A stretch of 64,000 nucleotides of DNA from Patellaria atrata CBS 101060 (taxonomy: Eukaryota). Positions 38,601 through 52,043 of this stretch are shown here, piece by piece. Position numbers and translations under genes: made by a program. The number at the start of each line of letters is the position of its first letter. Position 1 is the stretch's first letter. The notes beneath the pieces were generated by a model. The model was not told the origin of the DNA. It was given only the letters and a program-made list of their open reading frames with translations, and made no database searches. The stretch is taken from assembly GCA_010093705.1 (NCBI GenBank), contig MU006093.1, positions 491,557 to 555,556 of the forward strand, in the 5' to 3' direction.

Positions 38601-39379
38601 AAATATGCTGTGCTCCTTATCGCGCTGGCACCACTTGAACACCTGAGCGTATAAAGGAATGATCACGCGTCTCACCGCAGACGCCTTCATCGAAACGAAA
38701 GTCAATCGTCAGGAGCATTAGTAGATGCGGGACGAAGCGTAAGGTAAGAATACGGTGGGATGGTATGAAGTAGGTAAGAATCGCTGGATAGCGTTGTTGG
38801 TGTTGGTGGGGGTAGTTTAAAGGAACGTACTCGTATACTGCGGATTGCAGTAGTGATAAGGTAAGTAGTAAGGTAAGCAGGGTTAAGCTGGAAGAAAAAA
38901 TTATATGAGAAAAATATACGAACTTAACAAAAGTGATATTATCATTGTCAAGCGCGATAATATTTTGATAGGATTGTTAGGGGCTTTTGGCACTAGGTAG
39001 AATTACTTGTGGTGTTGCTTGCAGCGGGAGAGGTCGTTTGAATTGAGGTATGGAGGATCTGCATCAGTGCTTTGTAGCCTTGTGAAGCAATCTCACCAAT
39101 CTTACCTAACCGACTAGCTGGAACGTGGAGAGCTGGTCAGTTCTCAGGCAGGATCCAATTCCTTCCTGGCTGGTCACCTGCTCTTACCTTTGCTGCGGAC
39201 AATTTCTCAAGCGAATCAAGCGAACATGCCTATCACAAGGGTGTCACGGCTATTTTCTGTAAATCACTAAATCTTGACCTTTCTAACCAGTCGCAAGAAG
39301 AACAAGCGTGGAACAATTCCCAAGCCAATCTTTTAGGGCCAGCGTCACCAAGTAGAGAGGCGTGAGAGGCACCAAAAGC

Positions 39380-39420
39380 AAATTTAGACAAATTTAGACA
39401 ACTTTAGACAACTTTAGCAG
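39380..39420. repeat. 10-bp tandem repeat (AAA/CTTTAGAC)x4
   Basis: aatttagaca aatttagaca actttagaca actttag seen directly. Confidence 0.85.
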
Positions 39421-41674
39421 CTTTGGAAGCTTTGAGCAGGGACGACCAAATGGACCATGGGACGGGCAAGGGCTTTTCAAGTCCACTTGCAGCTGCCAAC
39501 TGGGGCTTCATCGGCTGTGCAACGCTTGTACTTTTACGGTACTACAACGACAGCTGGGGCCATACATCACTGAGCGGACTTCTCGGACACAAGACCGACT
39601 GATCAATCAGGTCTTTTAGAACGGTCGGGCCGAAAGTAAGCCTCTATTGTCCTCCAGTTAGCGGTAGTAGCGGACGTAGCTTCTCATCTTCTAAAGTCGA
39701 ACTAAGAGACACCAGCGTGTCAGACCTCAAACAGGAATCCTCGTCGCACTTTTTCCTGTGGAAACGTGAGAGTCTAGGATTCTTGCACGCCGCCAGCCTT
39801 AGAAAAATGGGAAAATAACCAATGAGCTCTCCGCCAACTCCGACATGCCGCTTTACTACTTGCTAATCTCACCGCTTTGCGCGGCATCCAAACCTTGTAT
39901 TCATACGATAATTCGATATCACCGAGGCAAATTTACCCTCCATGACCGGTAGTCAGCAAACTTATCAGCTTGTCACTTGCTCCGATAATGATGATATCCA
40001 ACATGAGGCGCTTACACACTCAGGTCCAGACCTGATTGATAGCAAGAATTAGGAAGCTTTCCAATCTGCCAGCGTAAAGGGAGCACGCCTTAGAACACCG
40101 CCTACGTCGTCTATCCTGGAAACGGTGTATTCAGCATCGTAATGCGGGACAGCCGTTAAACCCATATGGGACTCACCTGTACAAATTGATCTGGTCATTG
40201 AAACTCGAGACGCCTGAAATAATCGTGATGATGTTGGGGGAAAAGTACCTTACCTGTCCAACGTGTTTTCCGGTACAAATACGGAGCCGTCTGATATACA
40301 CCGCCCTTTTACGACTTACAAGTGTCCAGCCGTTAGATCGATCATCACCATTTCCACTTTGGGCGATAATGAAGGTGGAAGACCATCCGCTATTTCTGGC
40401 TATATCCATGACTCGCGCTATATTAGCGACTGACGTTGAAGTTAACCCCTGAAACGTCTAACGGCAATGCTTAGAGCCTTTAGAAGCAGCCGAATTTGCA
40501 AAAAGGCAACACGTCTCCAAAGTTAGGACGGCATGTCAATGCGAGTCTTGTGTTTTGAGAGAGGAGCTTTCCGCTACCCATCATGCGACAGGTCGAGAAA
40601 AAAAAAAAAAAAGAGACAAGATGACCCATAAGGAGTGATATCTTTGCAGCAAGCAGTCCGGAACCGAATATGTGGATTGGATAAGTCGAGGTTACACAAA
40701 AACTTGCCCGGAAGAAAAAAAAGTGACAGCAGATGGCCGCTACTTAATCGTTTTTTTTTTTCTCGGATGGCAAAAATATGGGATAATTAGCTTTTACTAC
40801 CCGGATCCGCAGGTCCCGGGAGAATGGTAAGGGAAACGGCTCTCTAAGCAGGTCTAGTGTGTTTCTAGTGCAGCCCTGAGATTCCTCTCGGATACAGCCC
40901 GCCCTACCGGGATTACACTAGACCTGTTCCCCCTGTTCCCCGGACTGAAGAGAGCAGTGAAATGACATCTTTAACGTTGTTCTTCGTTCGCCCTGGAGCA
41001 GTAGGTTGGAAACAGCTCACTAGCAGGACCCGCCTGCTGATCGATCCCCACTCATCAATAAAAAAATTGGTGGCATTCGTGTCACCCAGTCCACTTTTCC
41101 AACCACGTCTTGGGCTCCGATCATTTTCAGGGGCCCAACATCTCCTGACCTCTTTTCTTGTACTGTACCTCTTTCTTACGCATACCTTACCTTACCTTAC
41201 TTATCCCTACCCTGGGCAGAAGCTCACATACGCCCGACCCGGTCTTGCATTATAACTTATTCTTCTGGGTTCTGGTGCTCAAACCGCTCAGCTAGTTCGG
41301 CTGCCAGCATGGCGCCGCTTATCGAATCGCACTCCTTCCTAGCCCTTTGTCTTGATATGTACAGTATGTATATCAAACGGTAGGAATCTCGCAAACTTTT
41401 TTCTCCTCACCCGAACTCACCACCTTCGAGATCGTCCTCATCCCGCTCACTGTGCATCCATCCTTGCCTAGGGATCCACTGCCCTAAGCCACGACTATCT
41501 TAAGATTGATACATGCCACCACGCGATACGGGAGCATTAAAGTCAAGCTTCCCGCTGCAGGTGTGTCACAGATAGAAAGCCACCTACCCGCTGCTATTCT
41601 CCGATCCAAAATTTTGGTATTTCATATATCACGTCTGACGCTCCTCAATTCAATTCTCCCAATTTGTTTTCACA

Positions 41675-43738
41675 ATGATGGGATTCCGAGCCCGTAACCA
41701 GCAGATATCCTCGCGGGTGGATGGCTCAGCTCCGTTTCCATATCGCCAGCTGTTTGTCCTGGGTAAGTGTTTGGAAATCCATGTTCCTCTTATGGGTTCA
41801 TCTTTTATTCTACGGCTTTTTGCTAATCATCGTCTTGCTACAGCTCTCTGCCGTATCTGTGAGCCTATCGCGTTCATGTCCATATTCCCGTACATCTACT
41901 TCATGATAGAATCCTTCCACATCACGTCGAATGAGAAACAAATCGCCATATATGCAGGCATGGTCACGTCCGCTTTTGCCTTCGCCGAGTTCTCTTCAGG
42001 CGTTTTCTGGGGACGGCTGAGCGATAGAGTGGGTCGAAAGCCAATATTACTCACGGGCATGGCTGGTACTGGGTTGAGCATGCTTCTCTTCGGATTTTCA
42101 CGGAATCTACCCCTTGCTTTGCTTGCGCGCGCACTTGGAGGCCTTCTGAATGGGTAGGGTTATCTATCCGTAGGATTTGAGATGTTGCCGAGTTAACCTC
42201 TATTCATAGTAATATCGGTGTTATTCAGACAACAGTTGCTGAAGTGGTTACTGTCGAAGCTCATCAGCGTAAGTTTCAGCCCCCAGTCTGAGTAATCTCG
42301 GGCTTAAGTTAACAGTACATAGCGCGTGCATATGCAATAATGCCCTTTGTATGGTGTTTAGGGTAAGTGGATGTTATGATCCTTCTCAACGAGCCTAGCT
42401 AACCTGACTATCCCAGTTCAATAATCGGATCTGGTCTGGGCGGTACTCTAGCAAATCCAGTTCAAAGCTATCCCACTACCTTTCAGGAAGGTTCAATTTT
42501 CGACAAGTTCCCCTACCTTCTACCGAATCTAGTCTGCACATGCGTCGTGGTCTTTGGTCTGATCGTTGGGTTTTTATTCCTCGAAGAGACTCATGAGGAC
42601 AAAAGGGGACGTACGGATTATGGCCTTGAGCTTGGAAATCTCATTCTCCGCTTGTTCGTTGATAGGATATCGGAGCAGCCCATATCGGAGAAAGACGCAT
42701 ATCTCGAGGAAACAGTAGCATTCCTAGGCGGAGACGAGAGATCTTTAAGCTATCGGGCCACTGAAGATTCGACACTCCTAACTTGCGCAGAAGTACTTGC
42801 ACTAGACCCTCCGGAAAATGACCTTATCATGTCGAATAATATGACCGAAAAGACCAACACTCGTGCAGCATTTACGCCGCAAGTGATCTTGAATATCATC
42901 TCATATGGAGTCTTAGCACTGTAAGACTTTAAAGTCCCGCTATTTTACAGTTTGAAGCTGACTTTCCCCTAGACATACTATCTCTTTCGAGCAGCTTATG
43001 CCAGTTCTATTCAGTATGAAGGAGTCCCATGAATCTATAGATCTACCTTTCAAATTCACGGGTGGTTTGGAGTTACCCACTAAGACGATAGGATATATTC
43101 TCTCCATTCAAGGATTTCTTCAAATGCTGGTTCAGCTCTTCATATTTCCGATTGTTAACAAAAGACTCGGTAGTCTCACGACATTTAGACTTGTAATATT
43201 TGGATACCCCATTGTCTACTTTCTCACTCCATATCTCGTCTTACTCCCAGGCAACCTTCGGATGGTTGCTGTTTATCTAGTCATTTTGTGTAAAGTCACG
43301 GGTCAATCACTCTCATACCCATGCCTGGTTATGATGATGGCCAACATGGCTCCCTCTAGGAAGATACTGGGCACACTTAACGGTTCGGCCGCGTCCTCTG
43401 CGAGTCTCTGCCGAGCTATCGGACCGACCCTATCTGGCTTCATCCAAGTCTGCGGACTCAACATGGGATATTCCGGTCTCCCGTGGTGGGTTTGCTCTGT
43501 GATCTCTTTCGTTGGTGCTTTGGTGAGCATGTCAATGAAAGAGGTGAAAACTAGGTTCCAAGTACAGGATCAATTCCTCGATGAAGAAAGCGTACTTGGA
43601 CGCTCATCTGACACGTCTCGTCGTTTGGTCAAAGTACCCGTCACAGTTTCTCCTAAGAATCCTTCGAATAATTCTTCGCTATCGGGACAATGGACCAGCG
43701 ACTCGCTCTCCGCGTCTCTCCTATTGAAGGAGAGCTGA
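41675..43738 (+). CDS. Major facilitator superfamily transporter (YCR023C-like); introns ~41763-41843, 42154-42209, 42269-42322, 42363-42415, 42921-42972
   Basis: FP.RQLFVLALCRICEPIAFMSIFPY, MFS motif A WGRLSDRVGRKPILL.G, ARALGGLLNGNIGV.QT.VAE, FPYLLPNL and LG.LNG.A.S.ASL.RAIGP. Confidence 0.93.
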
Positions 43739-44916
43739 CACGACTAGATTTCCGCTAGAGTACACGCGTCTCTAGATTTGCATTAGGCGTTATTTGTTTC
43801 GAGTTTGATTCAACGACTACCCTGAGCGCATTATGAATTGCAGCTTCTTATTTTGCATGGGATCGGCGCTTTCGAAAGACTGGATGCAATTGCTTTGGTA
43901 AACAAGGTCTTGGGGAAAATATGGTTCATGATGGATTTAAACAGGAGCGATCATGCTTATCGTTGTTGCAATAGAGCGCGCAGGGGTCTTGGCTCATAAA
44001 AAAGGCGTTTCAATAGGAGTTGATGACCCATTTTAGTGCGTGCAGCGATAGATTTTTATGTTACTCGATATCATCACCAACAACTATTATTTATTTTATT
44101 AGTACTCCTATCTCTTTCTCGGAATATGTCCTTGCATCCTTCTTACTCTAATCTAGCAAGCAGCAGTGCATTCATAAGGTATTGTATAGTATCTTCAGGC
44201 TCTCTCACGTCGAATAATAATACCTTAAGGGAGCAGAAATCAGAATGGATGCGGGACGAGACAAGGCAAGATATCCTGCCCCTCCATAACTCCCTTTTGG
44301 CCCCTCCCATCTCCTTCCCCAAGCTACAATACCAGTCAGGTAAGTGGAGGTATTATTATTTCTTTTCGAGTAAAATGTCTGAAAGTTCTCGTCTGATAAG
44401 AATTGGCTATTCGGCAATTGGGAGATGATTCGCCTGAATCTCATTCCTGTACTACTGTACTGTTGGAGTCTCAAGAGTCTCACAAGCTGCGGCGGTTCAA
44501 ATTTTGCTTTTTATGGCAACGGACAGCTCCATTTGTCGCATATCGGAGAGGCCCAGCTTCAGCTACAGTACACGGGCAATACCTACCGTACCCAAGCTAC
44601 CTTACCCAGGCTTCCAGCTTCTTTGCTTCGTCATGCAGTCCCCGATTATCATTCTGTGGCAGCTGTGGCAAGTTATCTGGCGGGTACAGGTAATCAGCAA
44701 CGCCGCGAATTAGTTCTAGTGCCGCTACTATCTCCATCTACTCGCCGGTTATTCGTAGACCGGTAGGTGCAGATCTGACTTTCTGACTATTCTATGTATT
44801 GCTTCGCTCGGCCCATTGTTCTGAGTTCCTGTTACTCAACAATATTCATCCGGAAGAGTTCCTTACAGGGCGGCTGTTTTATGTCCAAGGTCTTATAGTC
44901 CAGGAAATGCGTTCCG

Positions 44917-47900
44917 ATGACAAACACTACGCCAACTGCCGGCGTCAAGCGGTCGCGACAGCCCTCTCACGATGAGTTGCTATTATCCCCTTCAGACTCA
45001 TCTCTCAAACCCGCTTCGCCAACCGCCTCCTCGGTCGGTTCCATATCGCATACTCAGCCTTCCTCCGCTTCCTCATTCCGCAATGTATCGGCTTGCAATC
45101 GCTGCCGGTTACGCAAGAACCGTTGCGACCAGCGTCTTCCAGCATGTGCGTCTTGCGAAAAGGCGCGTGTAAAGTGTGTCGGATATGATCCTATAACGAA
45201 GAGAGAGATACCGCGTAGGTAGGTTGTAATACGTGCCCTGTGAACCGAGGTCGTCTCCCCCGCGGCTATCGCCAACGGGTGGTGTGATTATCAGTTCAAT
45301 GCACCATTTTATACCAAAGAAATAGTTGAGCAATTTGATTGACTGATGTGCATAGTTATGTCTATTACCTAGAGAGCCGGGTTTCCTACTTGGAATCACT
45401 ACTTCGATCCAACGCTGTAGACTTCACCCCACCAGAGAACTTCGCCCTCAGCTTCAAACCTGCAAATGGAGAACCTGTATATACTGGCCATGTCACTGGC
45501 AATGATAGCGGTCATGCCCGTACCAACTCCATCGATAGGCATGTTGGGAGCGATACCAAACGCAATGAGCAAGACGATCGGGAAAAGCTAAACAAGTTGG
45601 TATCAAACATCGGCATGGTCTCAGTCCAAGGAGCTTCCGATCCACGATATTTAGGATCAACTTCAGGCATATCGTTCGCAAGAGTTGTCTTCGCTGCGGT
45701 AAAGAGCTCTGTCTCAGGTGCATCTTCCGAGCGCGGTAGCGTAAGAGGAAGCAAACCTCCTCTACCTGGTAATTCAGTCGCAGCAGGTGGCACGTCTATG
45801 AGAGATTCCTTCTTTGGATTGCATACCAAACCTACGATCAAACCAGCTCCATTTCCTGACAGGGAACTAGGCTCAAGGCTCGTTGAGCTGTACTTCGAAC
45901 ATGCAAATCCACAAATCCCAATCCTACACAGGGGTGAGTTTATTACCATGTTTGACAGAGTATATGCCGCAGACGAGAAAAGTCGTACACCCAGAGAATC
46001 ATATATGCTAAACATTGTATTTGCCATTGGAGCCGGGATCATTATGGGAAGCTCAGATGCAAGTGATTCGCCCGGCTCAGAAAACTCTGCATCGTCGATG
46101 AAACCTCCCCTGTCACCGCCCAGTCAGAAGAAAAGAAAAACAATCGGCCAACAGCACCAACCGGAAGAATATCACGCATCTGCGATTGTGCATTTGGAGA
46201 GTTTCCTAGGATCATCGCCAGCAACGGACCGTCCTGATGGGTTTGGTGGCGGATTGGAAGAGCTGCAAGCTGTCCTCCTGCTTGCAGGATTCGCTCTCCT
46301 GAGACCTGTGGCCCCGGGACTCTGGTACATTATCGGAGTTGCCGTTCGACTGGGTGTTGACTTGGGTCTGCATTACGAAGATGGAGTTGGTATCGATGGT
46401 CCCAACTCGGATGAAGGGACCAGTGAAGATAGCAAAATGGATACAGATGAGCCTGCTGCACCGGTGAATGGTAGTAAGATTGACGCTAAAGAGAGAGGCC
46501 GAAGGCAATGGGTACGAGACCTCCGACGTCGGCTTTGGTGGTGTGTCTACTCGTTCGACCGCCTTGTCAGTACCTGTGTAGGTCGACCTTTCGGAATCAC
46601 GGATCAAGTCGTAACCACAGAGTTTCCTTCACTTTTGGACGACAAGTACATCACTACTGCAGGTTTCCTTGTCCCACCCGGGGAATCGGAAAAGCCATCC
46701 TATAAGTTTGTGGCACATCACTATTTTCGTCTCAGACTACTACAGTCCGAAATTCTGCAGGTCTTACAGCATCGTCAAGCACAGCAGGCGCGGGTTAGTG
46801 GTGCTAATCAAGGGAATGAGTACATGCACACCAAGTTACCTTCTCCATTCTTGCAAAGATTCGACTCTTTCCGATCTTGGCGGATCGATATTGATAGAAG
46901 ACTCTGGCAATGGAAGGAAGATGCTCCGACGCAGAAGGATACTGGCGTCCAGTTCTCACCGCTATTCTTGGAATTGAACTATTGGCAAGCTGTGATCATG
47001 ATGTACAGACAAAGCCTCAGTGTTCCCCCATCCCTGGCGGGAGAGCTTGGCTCAACCAACGATGATGTATCGAGTCCTTCCGTGGTTAATGTTGAGGAAA
47101 GAGAAGATGAGGAACAGGTATTCCTCAAAGTTGCTGAGGCCGGTCAAAAGGTGTTGAAGCTGTACAGACAGTTACACCGGGTGCGATTGGTAAACTACAC
47201 CTTTTTAGCTACCCACCACCTGTTTATGGCGGGTATCTCATTTCTTTACGCTATATGGCATTCTCCAGTTGTGCGTAGTCATCTTGTAAGTTTCCCAAGA
47301 TGAGAAGACTTGACCATCTGCTAATGTTCATTTTAGTCACTGGACGATGTTGACTTCACAGTCCTAGCTGCAACTTCTGTTCTCACAGATCTGATCGACA
47401 AATGTCCTCCTGCGGAAGCATGCAGAGATGCTTTCGATCGTATGAGCAGAGCAACCATCCAAATGTGCCAATCCACTACTGGCTTTGGTCCCCAGGCTCT
47501 CAGACACGTCAAACAAAGCACAACCACCCCTGGGACCCATGTCTCCGATTCGTCCGATATAGCCCTCCATTCTGATGTAGACTCGATGAATAGCCAACGT
47601 CCCTCATCAGGTTACTACAACTCACAAATGGATACCAAGCCACGAAAACAACCTCGCTTCGACATGAACCTTCGCGATCTCTTCAGCGACGACGAAACAG
47701 ACAGCAACAGCTTCAACCGAATCAGCAGCACACTCATGCGACCCCCTCAACGCCCTTCAAACTCAGCCTCCGCCTCACCGTACAACCCAAACCTATCCAT
47801 CACCCCTCAACTCCGCCAGCCTTCGCAACTGCCATCTCTCCAGCATACCCCTTCTTTCGACATCGATCCCGCCATCCAATCTCTGCCTCAAACCTCCACC

Positions 47901-48227
47901 CCGCAGCAGCAGATCCCCTCCTATCAAATCAGCAACCAGCTCCCCTACTCCAATTTCTCGCAGACTATCCAATCCACGTACCCAAACATCGGCCAGTTCT
48001 CCGACCTCGATTTCTTGGATGATTTCCCCGTTGGCAGCGGGAATGGAAGTGGGAGGAATGGATCGGGAGGGACCGGGGGAGGCGGAGGCGGAGGCGGAGC
48101 GGGCATGCAGGAGTTGGATTTGGGCTGGATGGGAAGCGATGGTAGTCATGACTGGGCGGATGGGAATGGGATTGATCTTTTTGATGGGTTTTTCTTTGGG
48201 GGTGCGGGTGCTGGGGGGGCGTATTAG
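44917..48227 (+). CDS. uaY: Zn2Cys6 transcription factor, positive regulator of purine utilization (UaY/Ppr1 family); introns 45219-45355 and 47286-47336
   Basis: FRNVSACNRCRLRKNRCDQRLP.C..CEKA.V.CVGYDPITKREIPRSYVYYLESRV; fungal TF middle region RDLRRRLWWCVYSFDRLVSTCVGRPFGI; C-terminal DLFDGFFFG. The start codon is uncertain. Confidence 0.9.
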
Positions 48228-49040
48228 GTTTTTTGTTGGCCTCTTTATTGGGGGGATGTCTTGGGTGCTGGTAGCGCTAGCGTGGAGGAGTGACGTGGGG
48301 TGGGTGAGGTGAGTAGGGTGAAGATGGCAATGGGAATGGGGATTTGTGTATGTGCGATGCGGTTCAGTTATGATTCACCCACGCGTTCGACGAGATTTAT
48401 GTTAATGTGTCCGCTTTCTGTTGTTTATGTGTGTTAGGATGTCTAGATATCGTTGATTCAATCCCACTTCCCGCGCTTGACGGCGCGTGCTATGCTGTGC
48501 TCTAGACCTGGCAAGTGATTTTGAGCATGCTCCTACTTCAATCTTCAGTCACGCTCCAGTCTGCGGAGTTGGGAATATATAAGTACTGCATGAGTTATAG
48601 ACCGAAGGTGTCTGCGTGACCGTGTACTATACTGTACTATACCGTACTTTTCTCTACAACGCAAAATTCCTTTATCGCTACTCTAGCCCACCTAGGGTAT
48701 ACTGGTAGGTACGGTACGAAACCCCGTCCTATGCTGTCTCCCGCTACGTAAAGGAGGTGAAGCTTATGTGGTGTGTACCGTGCTGAGAGTTTGTTGGAGG
48801 AGAAATGACCAAGGGTCTTCAGAAACACCTCATGATGACATCCAAGGAGATCAGAATATGGCTTTTCATTATTTTCAAGGATACAAGCCTTGACTTTGTA
48901 AGATAAATCTTTAAGGTGTTAGCAGATAGAGTCGAAGTTGATGAAATGCGGCTATAGCTAGTCCTAAACTAGGAAGAACTACGATGAAACCTTGGCATCA
49001 TCTCCATATTACAAGTACAACCTGATGTCCTACGGTTATT

Positions 49041-50579
49041 ATGGAGATAAGTTTCCCTTCCCGACAGAGAATTGAATTGCTGCGCGGAATCCACCTGAAG
49101 GTCCAGGGCAACCTATCTCTAAGCGCAGATGAAGCGGATCCCATTCACCAGTGCGGCCAGTCTGCACTGTCTATCATCAAAACGCGTCCTACCGACGTGA
49201 TACACCTCGCTCGTACTAAGCTCCATGCTTATCCGTATAAAGATGTACCTGTATGTTGGAGACGACTGTATACTGATGCAGCTATTTACCATGCTATGCA
49301 AGTAATCCAAAGTGAAGAAGAGCGTGAGATTAAAAAATGTAAGAGCAAGGTAGAAGTAAACAAGGGAGCAGACTCTGGTACGGGCAGTGAAGATAGAAAG
49401 AGAAACGAAGACTGGATTCAACAAGTTGTGCAGATCCTAGACATGGCAGTCATACTTACTGGTGCTCCAAAGCGTGAGGAACTGATAGACGATATCATGA
49501 AGGGACTACTCAACTTCCTCAATCCAGAGATCCAGGAAGATGACAATATAATGATAGCAGCACCTCCACACAAGCGTAGGAAGATCACTAGTTCTATTCC
49601 ATGGAGCTTTCCTATCCCTAGTCTTACGCCAGGGGGGCTTCGCTGTCCCATTCAACGTACTGAAGCACCGGAATTTGAAGACTTCCAAGCACATATCTCG
49701 AGAAAACCCCCAGAGCATGATCCCTATGCGCCCACTCCGTTGATCATCACTGGAGCGATCGCGAACTGGCCCGCTCTATCTGAAGCTTCAAGATCATGGA
49801 ACGACCCCTCCTACCTACTTCGTCAGACCTTAGGTGGCCGGCGTCTAGTACCCATCGAACTCGGTCGCAGCTATACAGACGATGATTGGGGTCAAAGTAT
49901 AGTCACATTCAAGGAGTTTATGGAGCGTTATATGCTACGAATACCAACATCTCCCGAAGATGGTCCATCTTCATTAGCATATCTCGCACAACATGACCTA
50001 TTCGCCCAGATCCCTTCTTTGCGCTCTGATATCATGATCCCAGATTACTGCTACACTTCCCCGCCATCGTCAGACTCGTCATCTACTCCTAAACTGGAAG
50101 AGCCACTCTTAAATGCCTGGTTTGGTCCGGCTGGGACTGTCTCGCCTCTTCATACAGATCCGTATCATAACATACTTGCTCAGGTTGTTGGCTACAAGTA
50201 CGTTCGCCTTTATCCATCGTCTGAGAACTCGAAGATGTATCCTAGAGGCATTGGTGAGAATGGTGTTGATATGGGTAATACCAGTCATGTAGACCTCGAT
50301 GAGTTCATGGAGCTGTTCGAAGGACGAAGGACGAAGGACTGGGCTCAAAGCGGACATGACACTGCACGAGACAGTGGTACGGATCATAGTGAAAAGAGAG
50401 GGAGAGAAGTTGAAAAGGAACAACAGATATCATTCGAAGAGCGATTTCCAGAGTTCAAGCATGCGGAGTATCTGGAAGGTATCCTTGGACCTGGAGACTG
50501 CTTGTACCTTCCCGTGACCTGGTGGCACTATGTGAGGAGTTTGAGCACTAGTTTTAGTGTCAGCTTTTGGTGGAATTGA
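49041..50579 (+). CDS. JmjC-domain protein (JMJD5/KDM8-like 2-OG/Fe(II) oxygenase)
   Basis: WRRLYTDA, LDMAVILTGAP, GRRLVPIELGRSYTDDDWGQ, YLAQHDLFAQIP.LR.DI.IPDYC, NAWFGPAGTVSPLHTDPYHN (HxD) and LYLP..WWHYVRSLS.SFSVSFWW. Confidence 0.93.
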   Translation: MEISFPSRQRIELLRGIHLKVQGNLSLSADEADPIHQCGQSALSIIKTRPTDVIHLARTKLHAYPYKDVPVCWRRLYTDAAIYHAMQVIQSEEEREIKKCKSKVEVNKGADSGTGSEDRKRNEDWIQQVVQILDMAVILTGAPKREELIDDIMKGLLNFLNPEIQEDDNIMIAAPPHKRRKITSSIPWSFPIPSLTPGGLRCPIQRTEAPEFEDFQAHISRKPPEHDPYAPTPLIITGAIANWPALSEASRSWNDPSYLLRQTLGGRRLVPIELGRSYTDDDWGQSIVTFKEFMERYMLRIPTSPEDGPSSLAYLAQHDLFAQIPSLRSDIMIPDYCYTSPPSSDSSSTPKLEEPLLNAWFGPAGTVSPLHTDPYHNILAQVVGYKYVRLYPSSENSKMYPRGIGENGVDMGNTSHVDLDEFMELFEGRRTKDWAQSGHDTARDSGTDHSEKRGREVEKEQQISFEERFPEFKHAEYLEGILGPGDCLYLPVTWWHYVRSLSTSFSVSFWWN

Positions 50580-51023
50580 GGTAACTTCCTCGTGCTAAAG
50601 CTGATGTTTCCTGAAGTTCTAGGAGGGGCAGCATGGGTAGAAGAACCGTTTAAACTCCCATTATGCATGCCGCACAGCAAACGTATATTGATAGTAAACC
50701 GATTAAGTTCAAACAGGCCTAATGTGCCACCAGACCTCAATATCCGACTTTATTCCTGACCCTGAGACGCGGAATTGGCTCACATGAGCGTACTGCTCCG
50801 TGCTAAGTTATGTGCTTCCTCGTTCCGGGTATATCGAAGTTTTGTGTCCTTTCTACTCTTTTTCTTGTATCTCACTCCATTAGTAACTATTTCTTTCGCT
50901 TCCATTATTTTCTTCAACAGTATCATCGCCGTACATCTGTCGGCTCAATTTCGTCAACTATTCATCCTTGCTGCGCTTGATATACGAACTGCGATCCAGA
51001 CCTCATCATATTTGAAGATCAAT

Positions 51024-52043
51024 ATGATGGACACAATAAAAATTGGGATAGTAACGCTCTCTATAGATAATCCAAGGTTGGCCGGGTTATCGGAGGATGT
51101 AAGACATGAGGCCGTGAGGTTAGTAGCTCAACTCCTATGTCGTTCAACTCTTTTTCCCAGCTGTTCTCACATCTCCATTCCACAGGAGATTTGGGGAGCT
51201 CACGCGGAAAAAAGAATGACTTGCACTTTTAGAAAGGGACCAAAATATGCTGGAAGAGATGTTCATGGAAATCTGCGAAAAACTGGAGACCCACAGGTCC
51301 CGTCAAGTTGATGCCATGAAGCAAATGCCACCAGGTCATATGGGCCAATCGAGATTCCTAAATTCAGGGTTCTACTTCGACGACTTCGATCATCCCCTTA
51401 CAGAAGAGGAACTTCTCGATCTCCTTCGATTCTCCAAGGTCAAGGCTGCGGATGAAGCGAATTACGCAACCAATTACGCTTTCGCCCGCTTCTTAGATGA
51501 AAATCTTGACCAAGTTGAGGAAGCGAAACGGCAGCTGTCCAGGGCACAAGTTAAGATACGCCAAGTCAAGTCAAGTCAATGTTGGATCCAGTTCGGTTCA
51601 AGGAATTTGTCATCAAGGAGGTCAAATTCTACCGCGAAGCCGGTCACGTCGTGAAAATGCAATCGGACCACCGCATGGAAACTGTGAGGACCCTGCATTG
51701 TGAGTGTACCGGCCCGTTTTGGAATCTAATAGACCCAATCCAGAGTGCTCATAAAGCGGTGGAAGAAGCTTTGAGCGCAGCAACGTTCCAGAAACAGGTT
51801 CTCGCTGATCTTGTTGGGGACAGAGACGCGGGAGCAGATGATAAGGTCACACTTAAGGGACAACTGAAACATCTTCTTGATATCCAGCTTCAGGAGAAGT
51901 TAGACGCTCTATTTACCGCGGATGAAACTGGGAAATATCTTTACGCCTTTGAGATGATCTGGACGGACACGATCTTACCAGGACGTTCGCATCTAGCTGA
52001 TGTTTTGGTCATGTTTGATAGTTCTGGTTCATCATGTAGCTAG
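51024..52043 (+). pseudogene. Probable disrupted gene of unknown function
   Basis: ATG ~51024 and intron 51119-51185 (GTTAGT..CTCAC..CAG). An in-frame TGA at 51217-51219 and a frameshift at (CAAGT)x3 near 51562-51578 separate otherwise continuous coding-like ORFs. Confidence 0.5.

Noticed and set aside
39059..39187. Minus-strand splice-like signals suggesting a spliced lncRNA
   Set aside because: No ORF, only a 12-nt implied exon and marginal signals; not supportable without transcripts.
51114..51185. GTGAG|GTTAGT as a third [D5,6] stwintron
   Set aside because: The internal acceptor is followed by C and leaves an external intron too short; a single canonical intron explains it.
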